DNA of 61,088 nt, from positions 34,281 to 95,368 of the forward strand of contig CAZHLM010000003.1 of assembly GCA_964533295.1 (NCBI GenBank). The letters are read 5' to 3'. How positions within the stretch are numbered: position 1 is the stretch's first letter; each line of letters begins with the position of its first letter. This document shows, piece by piece, positions 58,679 to 61,088 of this stretch. Origin of the DNA: an uncultured Verrucomicrobiota bacterium. Its GTDB lineage: Bacteria > Verrucomicrobiota > Verrucomicrobiia > Palsa-1439. The position numbers were made by a program, and so were the translations under genes. The notes below the pieces were generated by a model. It made no database searches. It was not told the DNA's origin and saw only the letters and a list, made by a program, of their open reading frames with translations.

Positions 58679-59404
58679 TCACCTTCCCTGTTCGAGTCGT
58701 TGTGCCAGGGATTCCGGCAACCCGGCGGCGCGGATCTTTTTCTGGACGGCGGCGACATCGTAGGGCACCCGGCGCGATTCGATGACGTTGTTGACCAGGT
58801 CGAAGATGACGTACGAGGCTTTGGGGTTGCGGTCGCGGGGTTGACCGATCGAGCCGACGTTGACGAAATACTTGCGGGCGACTTCGATTTTGATTTTGGT
58901 GTACAGACCGCCCTGGATGCCGGCCGGGGTGCGGATGAAGGCGATCGGGATGTGGGTGTGGCCGTTGAAGCAGACGGCGGTGTGCTGGTAGTTGAAGCTG
59001 GCGGCGGCGGCGAGTTTGTCGAAGACGTAGGCCCAGCGCTCCGGCAGGTCGAGGGTGGCGTGGACGATGGTGAACGGATCCACGGCGCGAACGTATTTCA
59101 GCTCGCGCAGCCATTGTTTCTCGTCGGCATTGAGTTGTTCGCGCGTCCACTTGATGCCATCGGCGGCCATCGGATTGAAGCCGGTGAGCGCCTGTTCCTT
59201 GGCGACGTATTCGTCGTGGTTGCCCATGACGGTCGGGCAGTTCAAGTTGCGGATGATCTCGATGCATTCGCGCGGGTTGGGGCCGTACCCGACCACGTCG
59301 CCGAGGCAGACGTAGTGGGTGCAGCCCTGTTCCTTGGTGTCTTTGAGGACGACCTCCAGGGCGTCCACGTTGGCGTGAATGTCACTTAGGATCGCGTATC
59401 TCAT
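58679..59404 (-). CDS. Metallophosphoesterase family protein
   Basis: SDIHAN, LGDVVGYG, GNHD, VHA, GHTH. Confidence 0.92.
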   Translation of the reverse strand: MRYAILSDIHANVDALEVVLKDTKEQGCTHYVCLGDVVGYGPNPRECIEIIRNLNCPTVMGNHDEYVAKEQALTGFNPMAADGIKWTREQLNADEKQWLRELKYVRAVDPFTIVHATLDLPERWAYVFDKLAAAASFNYQHTAVCFNGHTHIPIAFIRTPAGIQGGLYTKIKIEVARKYFVNVGSIGQPRDRNPKASYVIFDLVNNVIESRRVPYDVAAVQKKIRAAGLPESLAQRLEQGR

Positions 59405-60168
59405 GCGCGGATGCGTTGCTGGGCGGGGATATTAAGCCGTTCCTCGAGCCGGCGCAACTCGCGACGCATGACACTTTTCAAGTCAATGCCGTCGCGGCTG
59501 GGGATCGGGTTGCCCTCGCGCCAGTACTGTTTCCACAGATCGTAGGCCGCCTGCGGACCGTCGCAATCCTCGACGCGTCGGGCGTACATTCGCAGGCAGT
59601 AACTCGGCGCGTCGGGAAACGCCGCCGCTTGCCGGAAAAAATCGCGCGCCTGGCAGTGGTCGTTGAATTTCAACCAATACAGCATGCCCATCCCGTGATG
59701 CAGTTCCCAGCGGTGAGGAATGTTGGCGAGGCCATCGGCGAGAAACTCGCGGGCTTTGTTCTGCCATTCACGCTGACGTTTCAACCCTTCGGCCTGGGTG
59801 CGGTTGGCGGGATCAATGCTGACCGCATGGGCAATGTTCCAGCCCATGTGCCAGGCGCCGGTATCCCAGAACGTGACCGCCTGCGGCTGGAGCGTGGTGC
59901 ATAACTCCATGTTGCGGTACATCCGAATCCATTCTTTGCGCTCGAAGTAGCCGTGATTGCCGATCCAGAGAAAGTCCGCCACGACGCCGCGGAAACCGGC
60001 GAGCAATCCAATCGCCATCCCCTGCCCCACCCGGTCGCGCATCGCCAGCGTTACCGGTGTTCCGCCATATTTCAACGCGACTCGCTCGGCGCGAATCCGG
60101 TCCTCCAACGGCATCATCCCCGCGGCCAACCCCAACGCCAACGCCGCCACAATCAGCCACGTCCGCAT
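59401..60168 (-). CDS. Membrane-anchored TPR-like hypothetical protein (PilG/XapA-like)
   Basis: N-terminal hydrophobic segment, LLAGFRGVVADFLW, helical repeats; follows an ABC-2-type permease. Confidence 0.6.
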   Translation of the reverse strand: MRTWLIVAALALGLAAGMMPLEDRIRAERVALKYGGTPVTLAMRDRVGQGMAIGLLAGFRGVVADFLWIGNHGYFERKEWIRMYRNMELCTTLQPQAVTFWDTGAWHMGWNIAHAVSIDPANRTQAEGLKRQREWQNKAREFLADGLANIPHRWELHHGMGMLYWLKFNDHCQARDFFRQAAAFPDAPSYCLRMYARRVEDCDGPQAAYDLWKQYWREGNPIPSRDGIDLKSVMRRELRRLEERLNIPAQQRIRA

Positions 60169-60171
60169 CCG

Positions 60172-61026
60172 TCAAATCTCCCGATCGGCAAACACCAGAT
60201 ACGCAACCACGACCACGACCGTTGTGTAGGCCACGCCGTAGAGCGCCACGTGCGCGCAATGCTCCCACGGAATCGCGTTCCCGAGGATGATGTCGTCGGC
60301 GACATTGAACGCGCCCAGATCCGGGATGACCGTCAGCAACCAGCGAATCACGCGGCCTTCGCCGAGGATTTCCACGACGGCCCCCCGCAAGTGACCGGCC
60401 AGGAACGCCATGAATCCCATCGCCACGTTGAACACCATCGAGGTCGAAACCGTCGAGAACAACAAGGTAATCGCCGCCAGCAAGCACAACTTCACAAACG
60501 TCAACGCCACGCCCTTGACCAAATCCCCATCGCGCGCCTCCCGATGAATCCGCGTCACCGTCGTCGCCGCCTCTTCCGCCGACAAGTTCTGGTCGAGCCG
60601 CGTTTCGGCCACCAGCCGGTTCTCCTTGAAGTACAACGCCGCGCCGAACATCACCGACATGACAACCACGCTCAGGAACACGAGCCAGAGGCTCCCGAGA
60701 TATTTCCCCAACAAAAACTCCCCCCGCCGCACCGGCTTGGCGAGGATGGTGTAGATCGTCCGGTTCTCCAACTCGGCCGGCAACAACTGCGCCGTCCCCA
60801 CAATCGCGATCAGCGTCCCAAATACCGAGATCGCCCCCAGACAGAAATCCTTCACGAACTTCAACTGCTCGCTGAAGGTGAACTGGGAGAAAAAACTCGC
60901 GCTCGCAATCACCACCAGCGCAAACACCAGCAGAATGTTGTACACCTTTTGCCGCAACGACTCGATGAACGTATTCGCCGCAATCGTTACGATTCTGCCG
61001 AAAGAAAACCCAACGCGTTCCGTCAT
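60172..61026 (-). CDS. ABC-2-type transporter permease (PilI/XapB-like)
   Basis: IAANTFIESLRQK, ELENRTIYTILAKPVRRGEFLLGKYLG, six TM segments. Confidence 0.85.
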   Translation of the reverse strand: MTERVGFSFGRIVTIAANTFIESLRQKVYNILLVFALVVIASASFFSQFTFSEQLKFVKDFCLGAISVFGTLIAIVGTAQLLPAELENRTIYTILAKPVRRGEFLLGKYLGSLWLVFLSVVVMSVMFGAALYFKENRLVAETRLDQNLSAEEAATTVTRIHREARDGDLVKGVALTFVKLCLLAAITLLFSTVSTSMVFNVAMGFMAFLAGHLRGAVVEILGEGRVIRWLLTVIPDLGAFNVADDIILGNAIPWEHCAHVALYGVAYTTVVVVVAYLVFADREI

Positions 61027-61052
61027 AAGCGCTCCGCCCGGCCCGTCTCCGT

Positions 61053-61076
61053 GTGGGAGCGCCCTTCCGGGCGCGA
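61053..61076. repeat. REP-like 24-mer, intergenic copy
   Basis: GTGGGAGCGCCCTTCCGGGCGCGA with GCGCCC/GGGCGC stem. Confidence 0.8.
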
Positions 61077-61088
61077 GCAGTCCCGGTC

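Overview
High-GC bacterial chromosome segment, most consistent with a PVC-superphylum organism, probably Verrucomicrobiota (inferred from the PEP-CTERM protein, DxDGDG-tailed secreted proteins and gene styles; not database-checked). In order: 3' part of a Tad/Flp pilus locus (cpaE-tadA-tadB-tadC-DUF192), small housekeeping genes, a complete F1Fo ATP synthase operon with an extra kinase-fold gene, ppx-metK-ahcY, a large modular secreted GH13 enzyme plus a stand-alone CBM-like protein, Memo/UVR-motif/rsgA, proB, ispA, pyrE-secA-lnt, a 6S RNA heading rarA-ygfA-rny, pheT and pheS split by a PEP-CTERM gene, and a roughly 12 kb cell-envelope glycan modification cluster followed by a PilG/PilI (XapAB)-like pair. 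No rRNA, tRNA, CRISPR array, transposase or integrase was recognised. Best lead for an undescribed system: three unrelated signal-peptide proteins end in the same ~90-125 aa C-terminal module with a fixed-register terminal [FL]YR[IV]R[LV]xx motif, a candidate protein-sorting signal. Other highlights: a REP palindrome inside the pheT reading frame, a 6S RNA absent from the ORF track, apparently frequent leaderless promoters, two ELM1-family proteins embedded in a glycan-transferase operon, and an SGNH-fold protein with Cys at the nucleophile position. Many start codons were reassigned by eye relative to the ORF track.
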